NCBI GenBank assembly: GCA_951406725.2
Contig: OX597815.1
Location: 151,714,001-151,778,000, forward strand
From: Octopus vulgaris
Lineage: Eukaryota
DNA: 64,000 nucleotides
Reading direction: 5' to 3'
Of the stretch, positions 27,794 to 40,355 are shown piece after piece. The stretch's first letter is position 1. Every line of letters begins with the position of its first letter. The position numbers and the translations under genes are program-made. The notes below the pieces were generated by a model. It was not told the origin of the DNA. It saw only the letters and a list, made by a program, of their open reading frames with translations, and did no database searches.

Positions 27794-28729
27794 TAAAAAG
27801 AGATTGTCAATAGGAATTAGGTGTGTTAGTGCATATATAGATTTCCTTTATCCTTTACTCGTTCAAGTCATTGGACTGCGGCCATGTCGGGGCAACATCT
27901 CGAAGGGCTTAATCGAAATAGGTACCTACTTACACACACACACACACACACACATATATGCGTATGTGTGATTTATTTCAAGATCAACTTCAACGCATCA
28001 GTCGATTAACGCTGTGATTTGCGATTAATCAATTAAACACAAAAGCCACAGCTTTAGTATGAGAGAGAGAAAGAGAGGAAAAGAGAGAAAGAGATAATGC
28101 GAAGTAGAGTCATTCATGCTTTGACCAAAGAGGTGTACAGAAAATGAAGATTGTAAAAGCAATTGAATTTTTAAAACTGGCGTAAATGATCAATCTTTTC
28201 AAGAGAATTTTCATTCAATAAATAAATGTTTTTAAAGAGTGTGAGAAGGAATATTTTTGGGGGAAGAGATGTATATAGATTATATTTTTTTATCAAGCGA
28301 AAGGGAGAAACTCTGAATAGTGATGAAATAGAATCAACTTCGAATGTATACACACCTTACATACACCTGTAAGTGTGTAGGTGTGTATGGGGTTATGCAA
28401 ATGTGCGTATGTATATAAATATATGTATTTATAATCTATATGTGTGTATATTTATGTAACTAAATGTATGTATTCATTTAATTTATTTCGTTATTCTTTC
28501 TAACGCATATGTCTCACAATTTTGATAAATTTTCCGTGATATATATACATAATTACACACACACATACAGCTCCGTATCTATCTATCTACCTAATAATTT
28601 AGCTGTATATAGATAGATAAATATTATAGATGTGTGTAACTGAAATCTATGACAACGTGCGAAAAGGCTTGTTTAATGGGAAAATTAAATAAATTTGTTT
28701 CGCAGTACGTAATATTGGTTTTCACACGC

Positions 28730-28777
<48 letters not shown>

Positions 28778-29238
28778 CACATACACGCGCAGTGTTTATT
28801 TTGTTAGTTTTGTAGAATGTCATATAAGCCGCTAAGGTCAAAAATCGATCAAGTGCAAATAAATATAGAGATACATATATACACACACTAAGCAATGAAA
28901 ACAATATTAGCATAGTAAACAAACCGGCAATAGAAAACAAGATTTCTACTCTAATTAAAAGTATAGCCTGACTGATATTATTATGTGTTTATATTTATAT
29001 AGAAACAAATGATCATTCATTCACAGAGATCGCTTTATAAAGGGTACGCAGAAGAAAAGGAAATATATGTACGTTGCGTGTAGCAAGAACGAACCTGAAA
29101 TGTTTAGTGATGTTATGCACCAGGACCGTCTGTGACCTTGATGAAAACCCACTTCTGCCTGTGACAAAAGAAAAGGTAACAGGACTGCGTACAGGAATTG
29201 AATAACTTTTCCACAGCCGACCCAACGCACTGACATAC

Positions 29239-29347
29239 CTCATCATGTTTTCTGCCGGTCACTTCAGGTTGAGGTTTGTCAGTTAGCCTTGTGGAGTTGT
29301 CTCCCTTCACCATGTCACGTGGGCAACCACTGCGGCACCAAATTTAT
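29239..29347 (-). other. Candidate exon of an unidentified gene (ATG at 29313; MVKGDNSTRLTDKPQPEVTGRKHDE)
   Basis: Acceptor tttccAG| at 29348-29349, donor GAG|GTATGT at 29238 and upstream donor CAG|GTAAGA at 29452 (105-nt intron). The surrounding sequence is non-repetitive and retains CpGs. Confidence 0.35.
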
Positions 29348-30585
29348 CTGGAAATCCAATGTTTAATATAATTCCTAAAAATAAAACTTCCAACAAACTA
29401 TCGATACACTATTTGTATTTATTTTATTTTATTTTCCATAAAATTTTCTTACCTGTATGTTTATTGTGATTTTATATCGGAGGGATAAAATATATTTCTA
29501 CTGTTCAACTCTTCACACCTACCATTGGGAGATACCAAATGTCTTTTTAACAATAGCTGGTGGCAGTTTAAGTGGGAGGCGAGCTTACTACGTTCAGGAC
29601 GGGAGGGAAAAAATCATTAAATCAAGTCTCTAAGCAATGCTTCTTGTTCTATAGTGTCGATATGGTGTAATGCCCACCCCCTTGATCGAAGTGGGATGGA
29701 TAAAAATCGATGCTTGCAGTTGAATATCAGCTCATAAAACCAAACTTAGTGTTGGTATGTTTAATGCAGTAAACAATTATAGAATCTATTTAGAAATATC
29801 AATGCGGTATGGAAAACGTTACATCAATCTTCAATATTTTACTCATTCTGGCAAATACGGGAGACAACTTTGGACATATTTTGATCTTATTATACCTCTT
29901 CAGTAAAGCTATGCATAAACTTCCAAATACTTACTGAAGCAGCAATGAGATAATCTCAAAGAAAATGTACTATAAAAATGAAAAGAAATGAATTTATTAC
30001 CAACATGAGGGACGCTTTTATGGAGGTGTGGTCTGCTGTAGGCTATAAGCCTGTATTGTAATCAAATAATAGCAGTTTTAATGTCGACACTATTCACCGT
30101 CAAATGCAGCAATCAATATAATAACTGTGCAACATATCGCTTAAGTGGGGCAAACTGAAGAGCCACACACACTCTAGTTACACCACTGCAGACACTCCAT
30201 GAAGAGCAACACTCCTTTCTACCAAAGGGACAAGGTCTGAAATTTTTGGAAAGGGCTAGTTGATTATATAACTCTTGAAAGGGTGAAAAGCAAAGGTAAC
30301 CTCCGAGAAATTTCAGCTCAGAACTTTAAAACAGATGAAATGCCATTAATCTTTATGCCCTGGTTCTAGCATTGAGAATATGTCAGATCTGTTTGTAGAA
30401 AGCTCAAGGTCAATTTAGCAAAGAATTAAGACCAAAAGAATAAATTCTTTACCAATAACATAACTAATAGTTCAGTGCTTTATTTCAACCATTTTAAAAA
30501 TCACACCCTCCCCGCAAATATATATATCATCATTTAATATCCACTTTCCATGCTGGCATGGGTTGGATGGTTTGACTGGAATTGG

Positions 30586-30949
30586 TATTTTTTACCAAAA
30601 AAGAAAAAAAGGCAACTTTAGCAAGAATTGAACTCAGAATGCAAAGAACAAGAACATATACCACTTCATTTACTTGATACTGTAACAATTCTGCCAATTT
30701 GCCTCTTTCCAGCATGGAAAATGGATGTTAAATGATGTATGTGTCATCATCATCGTTTAGCATGGAGAACGGACGTTAAACGATGATGATGACACATACA
30801 TCATTTAACATCCATTTTCCATGCTGGAAAGAGGCAAATTGGCAGAATTGTTACAGTATCAAGTAAATGAAGTGGTATATGTTCTTGTTCTTTGCATTCT
30901 GAGTTCAATTCTTGCTAAAGTTGCCTTTTTTCTTTTTTGGTAAAAAATA
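30586..30949. repeat. Near-perfect ~174-bp inverted repeat with a 17-nt spacer
   Basis: 30586-30759 is the reverse complement of 30777-30949; the only difference seen is one base in a homopolymer. Confidence 0.95.
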
Positions 30950-32318
30950 AAAAAGGTGCCTGATGAATATTAGGATTGATCCTCTATCTCTGTGTGTTGG
31001 TCTTAATAACAGATTCAGTGTATCACTTCTAAAATTAGTATAGCCCTCGGTCATAGGCCTATGTCACATAGATGTCTCTTGAAGATGTAAGAGAACAATG
31101 ATTCCTGTACTCCAGATATACCAAGCTGTCTCAAGAGAGAAATTGATTGCATTCAGATCTCTAGAGGGAATGGACTTCACCAGGTTTAAGCTGACCAAGA
31201 CATGCTATGATTCCATCAAGTGTTGGCAGCACAAGAAAGAATATATTGATATATTCATTCATTCAATAACCAATTCTATTTTACTGCTAGATGCTTACAA
31301 GTTCTTTTCTATTTGTAGATGTTTTTCTACTATTTTAGTGAAATAATAGCAGCATGACATGATCTTTTGTGACTTCCAAAATTGGTGAGTGAAAAGGAAA
31401 AAGTTAGCTTGAAACCGAAGAACTATCATAAATGTTTTTAATAGGATAGACTCTACAAAAGAGATCTTCTTTCTTTATTGCCCACAAAGGGATTAAGTTG
31501 ATTAGATTGATCCCCTGTGCGTAACTGGTACTTAATTTATTGACCCCGAAAGGATGAAAGGCAAAGTTGACCTTGGCGGAATTTGAACTCAGAATGTAAT
31601 GACAGATGAAATACCGCTAAGCAGTTCGCCTGGCGTGCTAACGTTTCTGCCAGCTCGCCACCTTATAGGATAGGCTCAACAAAAGATATCTATCAAGGAC
31701 CAAGAGTTGGTGTTAGTAACAGATTAAATCTATCACTTGTAAAATTAATATTACATTGTGGGCCACTTTAATCACAGAAAGTTTTTTGAAGGCCACTTGT
31801 ATATTTTATGTACTAATAGTCAAATAATCAAATTACAGAATCAAGAATTTTTCATTTGTTTAAAATAAAATTGTAGGCCATTGCTTTATTGCCACTTATA
31901 AATATAAAATTTATTTTGAAACAAATGTTTTACACAAAGTTTTATTTTGAGAGTAAACACTATACTTCAAGAAAGTATGAAGCGTGCTGCAAGATAGAAG
32001 TCTGCAGGCCGTAGGCCTCAGGTTGGCCAGCCCTGGTATAGACCTATATCACAAAGATGGTCTATTAAAGGTATAAGAGAATAACAAATCCTGCACTCCA
32101 GATATACCAAGCCTCTACATCAGTGTTTCTCAACCATTTTTTTTTTTAACCTATAGACTCCTTTGATTCCAATTTTACTCGAATGGATCCTTCCAGTCAT
32201 TCGATGTTTAAAAAAATCTTATATTTTTATAATTACATATTATTAGGAACTGTATAAAAAAAATTGTTATTGTTAAAATATTTTGTGTATTGTAGATGTG
32301 TAACCAATTTATTGCAGA

Positions 32319-32788
32319 CTAGCAGAAATACCCATTGTTGACCACCCTGATTTATGAAAGTTACTGCTTCGATATTGTTAAATGTTTTGTAGCGGAATAT
32401 TTGCAAGCTCTTATTGCCAGGCTTCGACCCAAAAAGTTATATTTTACTAATGGATCTGCTGATAGTCAGTCTCTTCAGCTCTTTCTCTTTTCTTACGCTG
32501 AGATTGCTTAGGTAGTCCAAATCTAATTTTTTTCGGAGGCATTGTAGTAGGGTGAATTAATCTATAAGACAGGGAACTTAACTCATGTTAGCAAAATCGG
32601 TAAAAGTTATGGTTTGAAAGCTATTTTTACCAATATTAGGGGGTGCCTCAAGGAAAAATAAGTTGACAAAAGCACAGCCATGATTGAGACCAATGTCCTC
32701 CTAAAATTGGAGCGACATGCGTGCTAATTTGTGGATGTGCATAAAGTATATTCATGTACACACACATCCTGCCTTTTATAGATATAGA
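32319..32788 (-). mobile_element. Non-autonomous Helitron nested in a hAT-like MITE (~32120-32835)
   Basis: Minus strand runs A|TCTATATCTATAAAAGG ... GGGTATTTCTGCTAG|T. The host begins CAGTGTTTCTCAACC and ends near GGTGAGAACCAC. Confidence 0.65.
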
Positions 32789-33239
32789 TAAATTCTCATG
32801 ACAAAATTTTATATGAATCTAGGTGAGAACCACACACACTGTTTACTGCATGGTGTAGTGTAGAAGTCTTTCCATGTTACTGGTCTCTATGGTCCAACCT
32901 GTTGATGTGTAGCCTATGATCAATTCTCATAGAGTAGATATATTGTTAAATGTATTCCAGCTATGACTTTCCTGTCCTTTTGGCAAACAGTTAAAACTTG
33001 TCTCTCTTTTCTTTGATTTAAGACATTGGCGTATGACTTGAGGAAAGTTTAAATGTTTCTATAGGTTGAGCAACCACATATCAACTTCCTGATACATCTA
33101 AGTTTTGTTGGTGGTGACAGAGAAGGCAAACAAGGTGGACTTAGCTGCAACATCACTGCTGCTAATGCATATCTCAATGAATGAGCACTAAATTTTAAAA
33201 TGTGTTTTATTGATTTCATCTTGAGGGAGAAGTTGTGAC

Positions 33240-34392
33240 CTTGACCTTCACAAACTTTCTTTAGCAGTTACAAATTGATGGTTGCATGAGAATCAAGGCC
33301 AGAGCAGAGAGAGAATGCTCTGAGGAAGGATTGGATCGAGCGCTTAGTAAAGAGCCCAGAAGTTGACACAATATGAGAAATTAAAAGAGCAGAGATGAGG
33401 GCAGTGAGGAGTACTTGTATAGGGTTGCATGACACCAGCCAGATCAAAGGCACAGAGACAGCAACTGTCATGTGGTAACTAAGTTCATCTAATTTACCTT
33501 AAACAGAAACCACAAATGTATCAGGAAGCTGATATGTGGTTGTTTAACCTGCTAGGAATAGCAATTAAACCTTCCTCAAATCAAACACCAATACCTTAAA
33601 TACTCCCCAAAATGACAGATAAGGGAGAGAAAGAGGAGACAGCACATTTGTGAACTTGTAACTTCAGTCACTCAAGTGACTTTTCTTTGGATGTGTTGAA
33701 GATGCGTGTAGCAGCAGCAGTAGTACGATTCAAGCTATGGAAGAACTACTTCTTTGTGAGTCTAACCAGAGTTTTGTCGATAACCAGTAGTAAATGTCTG
33801 AAGCATTTTGTTGCCTTGAAGAGGAAAGCAGTCCTTGATATATTGTGGGTTTCAATTACATGTTCATAAGAAAAAGAGGTGATAATACAAAAGTATTTTC
33901 TTCAAATGTAGTGATTGTGTCTTTGTGGTGCTAAAGGTAACTAGATTGGCTGAACTTCGTTGGAAAATGTTTTGAAAGGTCTGTTCATGAATGCAACGTA
34001 GTTTTGAACCCGAACTGCCTCTGTTGACTGTGGGTGGTGTTTATGTGAGGAAGGTTAGAGAGGATTGAAAGATCATATCATCTGCATAGGAATGGTTATT
34101 GTTGGAAGTGACAAGATCAGCAGGACTTCTTTAGAGGATGTTATGAAAGGTCCCTGTTTATGGAGTCAATGTGTTTGGCATAAAGTATCAAAATTGCATG
34201 TGAAGGACTTTGGAGTGTAGAAAGTTAGAGATGAGCACAAACACTTGCTCTTAGTAGGGATGGTAAGCAAGTTCGTTGGGTAGAGCAGGAAGATTATGAG
34301 AGACAAAAACTGAATCTTAAGATCCACTACTCCATCACGTGCTGAGATGGAATGACCTAATAGGGAGTCACACATCTATATGTATGTGTATG

Positions 34393-34436
<44 letters not shown>

Positions 34437-34990
34437 CACACATACATGTATGAATACATGCTCATAGGAGAATTTAAAATCAATGTTAGCTGGTAACTGG
34501 TTAATAATCCAATATTTTTTATTCTTTACGTTCAGTTGCACATGGTCATCAGAGTTAAGTGCCTCAACCAGGAACAGCTGATAAATAATAACAGGATATA
34601 TACCACCTGCTGTTTTACTGATGGATCCCATAATGGTAAATTTTCTAAGAGATTTGTGTTGGAGACAAAACACTAGGTCAGGCATTACAAAAATTACTGG
34701 TGGTCATTAAGGAGGGAGATGGATACATGTTGTTGTGGAGGGTTAATAGTTGTCCCCTACCTCTGAGATGTTGAAAGTGAGTGAAATGATGTAGAAGTTG
34801 GCATGCTCAGAGTGGTTACCCTTTCTGGAAATGGAATACACTGTAGAATGTTTCTAACAACCAGAAAATATCTGTGTGGAGGGACTAAAGAGGTTGGAAA
34901 GGATAGGGGCATATTACTTGAGAGTAACAAAAGGGACATTATCAAATTTGGTAGTTTTGTTAGTTTGAAGCAGCAAAATGTACTTCAGCA
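33240..34990 (-). mobile_element. Old L2/CR1-group LINE fossil (interrupted)
   Basis: Minus strand has NHSYADDMIF (~34075-34100), VLISNFL and a C-terminal TKRSIQSFL..ATINL-like segment; heavily degraded. Confidence 0.5.
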
Positions 34991-36170
34991 CTTGGCATGT
35001 ATGTCTATGTGATGGTGAACCTGGTGGAGTGGAAAGTTTTTTAGAAAGAATTACCTATTATTGATAATGTGGAGTTGGATGTAACGTAAACTGCAAATTT
35101 AGGTTTTTTTTTTTATGAGAGTACAGCAAATGTCATCATCAATGAAGAGAGTAATTCCACAAATTTGGTAGAAGTAATCTTGGTAAGGAAGAAAGTCTAT
35201 AAACTCTCCCTCTTAGTGTGGAGTCTAGAAGTTGAGGAGTGGGAGATGCACAATAAGAATAATTAGAAGAGATGAGTAAATTTTGAGAGTCCATATAGAG
35301 GTTGCACAAGACCAGCCAGTGCTGAGGAAAAGAGACTGCTATAGGAATGGGGAGAGAGAGAGAGAGAGAGGGGAGGGAGGGAAGACAGCACAACTAGGAG
35401 CTGGCACATAACTTTATACCAATCAATCAGGTGGGTTTTATTTGGATGTGGTCAAGATGTTTATGGATATAGCAGTAGTGTAGGCCTGGAGGGAGGGGTT
35501 ATAATATCAAGACAGTATCAATAAGCCAATAACATGGAGATCTGTTATATAGAAATCAGTAAGACTGAGATGGATCACAGAACCAACAATGTGTCGTAAA
35601 GAAGTTAAAAATATTGAAATGAGATACCCAGAACACTAATTGGTCATAAAGTAGTCAATAAAATGTGTCAGTTTGTCATAGGATCAATTATGTTAGAAGA
35701 TGATGATGTATAATAAAACTGACAATGCCAAGAAGTCAATAAGACCGAAATAGGTTTTATGGAAAATTTATTGACATAAATGAAGAGTTTCAGATAAGCG
35801 AGTTCAGTGCTGAACTAAGAGCAAAGCAGTTGATGATGTGTATCCTGTTACTGTCAGTTGGCACTGGCTGAGGTTCTTAACTCTGAAACAACTCGGTCCA
35901 ACTGGACATCAAGAAGAATCTTAAATTATTAACAAGCAACAAGTGACCAGGCAGTGCTGAATTTAAACCCTCCCATGAGCATGTATTTATTACATACATC
36001 ATATGCTGGTGGTATGTAATAAGCATCCATTACAGTCTGAGTGGTTAGTGTTGGGAAGGGCATCCAGATGCTGAAACCATGCCAAATCAGTCTGGAACCT
36101 GGTGCAACTCTCTGGCTCGCTAGTCCAGTCAAATCGTCTAACCTATGCCAGCATGGAAAGTGGAGATTAA

Positions 36171-36362
36171 CCCTTTTCTTACCATATTTCACATATGCTC
36201 TGTGTTTCTTTCAAATAATTTTCATTATAACAAAGAATTTAGTGAAAAAAAAGCTAGTGTCAGGAACAAATTGTGACTAAGGTTTGGTGGAAGATTAATT
36301 CAGAACCTCTGAAAACAAAACATTTGTACTACAGAGCCAGAGGTGGGTTGGTATTGAAAGGG
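36171..36362. mobile_element. piggyBac-type MITE (related copy at ~13746-13975)
   Basis: TTAA|CCCTTTTCTTACCA ... TGGTATTGAAAGGG|TTAA. Confidence 0.75.
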
Positions 36363-39068
36363 TTAAATGATGATGATGATACATATATACATTTACATGC
36401 AAAAATATTTATCATCATCGTCATCAACAACATTCATTTTTCGTGCTAAGGATTGGACAATTTGACAGGAGTTGCATAAGGCCCCAATTGTCTGTTCTGG
36501 CAGGGTCTCTATGGCTGGATGCTCTTCCTAATGCCAACCACTTTACAGTGTACTGGGTATCTTTTGTGATACTGGCACCTACAGGGTTACCATATATATA
36601 TATGTGTGTTTATACATACGTATGTATAATCATTTGTTTTACGTCAGTTTTTCTATGCTGACATAGGTTGGATGGGTACTTATTTGAGGCAGTATTTTTA
36701 CAGTCAGATACTTTACTGGTTATCATGCCAAAACAGACAACTGGAGCCTGGGGCAGCTCTCCAGCTCCTGTCAAACCCTAACCCATGCCTGCAAAGAAAA
36801 CAGGTGTTAAATGATGATGATAGAGCTCTCACTATTTACTCTGTTAGCCTGTCTATGGAGGAACAAAGAAATCCCATTTGCCATTCCATATAAAATTCCT
36901 ACTTATTCCTTTACTTGATACTGAATATGGCTACTCCTTCTGGTGGCAATAGAATCCCATATCTGTTAATGAAAACTTTTGTCTTCTCTAGATTCATATT
37001 GAGGCAGCTCAATTCTAGGTTTTGCTTCTATGTTTGAAATTTTTTCTCCATTTTTTTGACAGATTCCACTGAGATGGTAGAATCTGTCAAAGAAATAGGT
37101 CAACAACTTGAGAAGTTCTCATGGACAGCCAGACTTAACTTCCTCAGTTATGGACTGGAGAGCTGTAATAAACTAAGAGATCGAGACCTGAGCCCCTGAT
37201 AAACAACTAATTATACACTAAATTTCTCACCTAACTCATTTTATTAACCCTCACTTTGACGATGTCATCTTTGTACCTGACATGCACAGCTGTCACAAGC
37301 CATTCATCTACACTTTATTTTCTTAATAACCACCAGATTACAGAGTAACAAAAGTCAACAAATGTTAGGCATAGTGACTTGTTCTTAGTCAAGAACTGTA
37401 GTTGTTTCACTAAACAAAGGGCATTGATACTCTCTGTCCTGGTACAAACCCAAACTATATCTCATCATTTCATGCCCACTTTTCCATGTTTGCATGGGTC
37501 AGACAGAATTTGTTGAGGTAGATTTTTCTATAGCCAGATGCTTTGTCATAACTAGATATGTTTTTTATGGAAGATTTGAAACCTCACTTTTATGTTGCTG
37601 CTGCTCATTTACAACCACCATGTTGTGTCAACAGGATACATGCAAAGATAAAATAGCTGTTTCCTTCTTGAGCCATGCCAGGCTCATAAGGGCCAGTTTC
37701 CCGGTTTCAGTGGCATATTCCCCACCTGGATGAGAAGCTGATCTGTCATAGTATTACTCATTTTTGCCAGTCGAGTGAACTGGAGCAACGTGAAATAAAG
37801 TGTGTTGCTCAAGAACAGTGTCGCCCAGTCCAGGAATCGAAACCACAATCTTATAATCATGAATCCAACACCCTAACCACAAAGCCACACATACATATAA
37901 GACAGGCATCTCTCAGTTTTTGTCTATCAAATCCACTCACCCAAGGTGCTATGCAGAGGAACTGAACCCAAGACCACATGATTAGAATGAAAGCTGAAAG
38001 CTTTTTAAACTACACAACCATATCAGTACCTATTATCTTAGCTAATTTTCTTTCTAATTAGTTATGCTATAACTCTCTTACTTTCATAACTTGATCCATC
38101 AATTTCATAATTCTGTAGTTGCTTCATTCTAGAGCATCTGCTTCACCTTTGTGGCAATGGTAATTCTGTTGCCCCAGGAACTGAGGATGACACTTCTCCA
38201 TAATACTTGACTGACTTGGTGAGTGAAAGGTACATATCTTACATTGCCAGACATTTTCAGTATCTTAGCATCTATCTTCGTTCAGCTGTTTTCCAAACCT
38301 TCATTATGCATAATTGCACTTTCAACCATATAGGGGGTCAACTTCTACAACCAGTCTTTCCGTTAGGTCTACTTGGAGTAGGGCCTCCCTGTCTCTCCGT
38401 ACCATGCTTTCTACTCATTCAGCAACCGTTCATAGTAACATTTCTATGCTTTCTTGTTAGCATCAGCAAAGGTAAACATGTAGCTATTATTCCATGCACT
38501 TTCCCTGCCCCAAGATGAATTAGTATGCAGATGAAACAGATTTAATCAACTGTATTAGTGAAGAGCTGAAGGGTTATTAGCAAAATTAACTCAGACACAG
38601 GGATAGTGCAAAAAAAACAAAAGATGCATTCCAGACAATTTGAAACTTTTTTAGAAGCAGTTATAGCTGTCTTAGATTATTTTAATTTTGCATGGCTGTG
38701 TGGTAAGAAGTAGCATCTAGGTCAAGTGTCTTCCATTATAGCTTTGGGTCAACCAAAGCCTTGTGAGTGGATTTAGTCGATAGAAACTGAAAGAAGCTCA
38801 TCATGTGTGTGTGTGTATATGAGTATATGTATTTGTCTTTGTGACTGTGTTTGTCCCCCACTACAGCTTGACCAGTGTTGGTGCGCATATGTCCCTGTAA
38901 CTTAGCAGATTGACAAAAGTGACCAACAGAATAAGTACCAGTGTCAATTCACTAGACTAAAAATTCTTTGGCCACTGTCAAATAATTGAAACAAGTAAAA
39001 ATGAAAAAAAGATTATAATGCATGTAATAAGCTGACCTACCACCCTATTTTGTTTTTCTTATTTTCAG

Positions 39069-39380
39069 ATTGAAAAAGGCAGCTGTAACAGCACCTAGAA
39101 CACACCACACTAAACAATGTTTGTTACAATTCCATCCTGGTAACAAAGTACTTGACAGAGACAGGCGTCAAAATTGTCATCTCTCACGCTCTCTACTTTT
39201 GGTTGTTTCTCAAGCTGAAGAACTTGTGGGGAAGTCACTTTGAAGACATTGAGAAGATGGAAGCTGTGACAAAGGGTCCTGAACACAGTTACTTTGGAGG
39301 ACTTCCATGGATCTTCATGATGTAGATGGCATGCTGCAAGTGCAATGAAATCAGAGGATCCTATTTTGAAGGAGATTAGC
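39069..39380 (+). mobile_element. Mariner transposase C-terminal fossil
   Basis: SILVTKYLTETGVKIV, FWLFLKLKNLWGSHFEDIE, KCNEIRGSYFEGD*. Confidence 0.7.
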
Positions 39381-39504
39381 AAGAGTGTGGGATGAGAGAG
39401 AAAAAAGGATAAAAATATTTTCTACTGGAAGCACAACGCCTCATATTTGGAGGAAGAGATTAAGTCGATTATATTGGCCCCAGTGCATAACTGGAACTTA
39501 TTTA

Positions 39505-40355
39505 CAGTTCTATATTTAAGAGATGAGGAATTATGTACATTATTTACATTAGATGGATATTTGTCCTCATCTTGTTTGTTGTTAACACAATGTTTCGGCT
39601 GATATACTCTCCAGCCTCCATCAGGTGTCTTGGGGAAATTTTGAACCTGGGTTCTCATTCCGAAGGTATTTTTCAATGTTATTATTATTATTCAGGTCAC
39701 TGCCTGGAATCGAACTTGGAATCTTGGGGTTAAGAGCGCAGGCTAATAACCTCAAGATTCCGAGTTCAATTCCAGGCAGTGACCGGAATAATAATAATAC
39801 ACCGGTATATATTGTAGGGTTAAGTGTGTGGGATACTAACCCTCAGATTCCAAATTCAATTCCAGGCAGTGACCTGAATAACAATAATAATAAAAGCTAG
39901 TGGCATGTGAAAAACCATTCGAGTGAGGTCGTTGCCAGTGCCTCTGGACTGGCTCCTGTGCAGGTGGCACATAAAAACACCACTCAAGCATGGCTGTTGC
40001 CAGTACTGCCTAACTGGCCCTCGTGCCGGTGGCACGTAAAAGCACCCACTACACTCTCGGAGTAGTTGGCCTTAGGAAAGGCATCCAGCTGTAGAAACTC
40101 TGCCAGATCAGATTGGAGCATGGTGCAGCCATGTGGTTCGCCAGACCTCAGTCAAATCGTCCAACTTTTGCTAGCATGGAAAGTGGACGTTAACCGATGA
40201 ATAATAATAACAACAACATCGAAAAATACCTTAGGAATGAGAACCCAGGTTCAAAATTTTCCCAAGACACCTGATGAAGGCTGGAGGGTATATCAGCCAA
40301 AACGTTGTGTTAACAACAAACAAGATGAGGACAAATATCTGTCAAATGTAAAGAA
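39505..40355 (+). mobile_element. tRNA-headed, hammerhead-bearing non-autonomous retroelement (family D) with a 5' inverted copy
   Basis: Inverted copy 39505-39732; forward tRNA-like heads 39728-39790 and ~39805-39878; (AAT)n linker with an RTE insert; forward 3' part 40200-40355; TSD TGGAACTTATTTA/TGGTACTTATTTA. Confidence 0.8.
40265..40311 (+). ncRNA. Minimal type I hammerhead ribozyme motif (also 39584-39630(-), 58051-58097(+), 63622-63668(-))
   Basis: Four-copy consensus AGACAC-CTGATGA-A-GGCTG-GAGRGTATAT-CAGCC-GAAAC-GTT-GTGTT. This copy has AAAAC in place of GAAAC. Confidence 0.72.

Noticed and set aside
35400-35900. Possible Penelope-like RT remnant on the minus strand
   Set aside because: Only vague motif similarity; no catalytic motif recovered.
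37055-37091. 12-bp hairpin TTTGACAGATTC/GAATCTGTCAAA
   Set aside because: Short, single and without supporting context.
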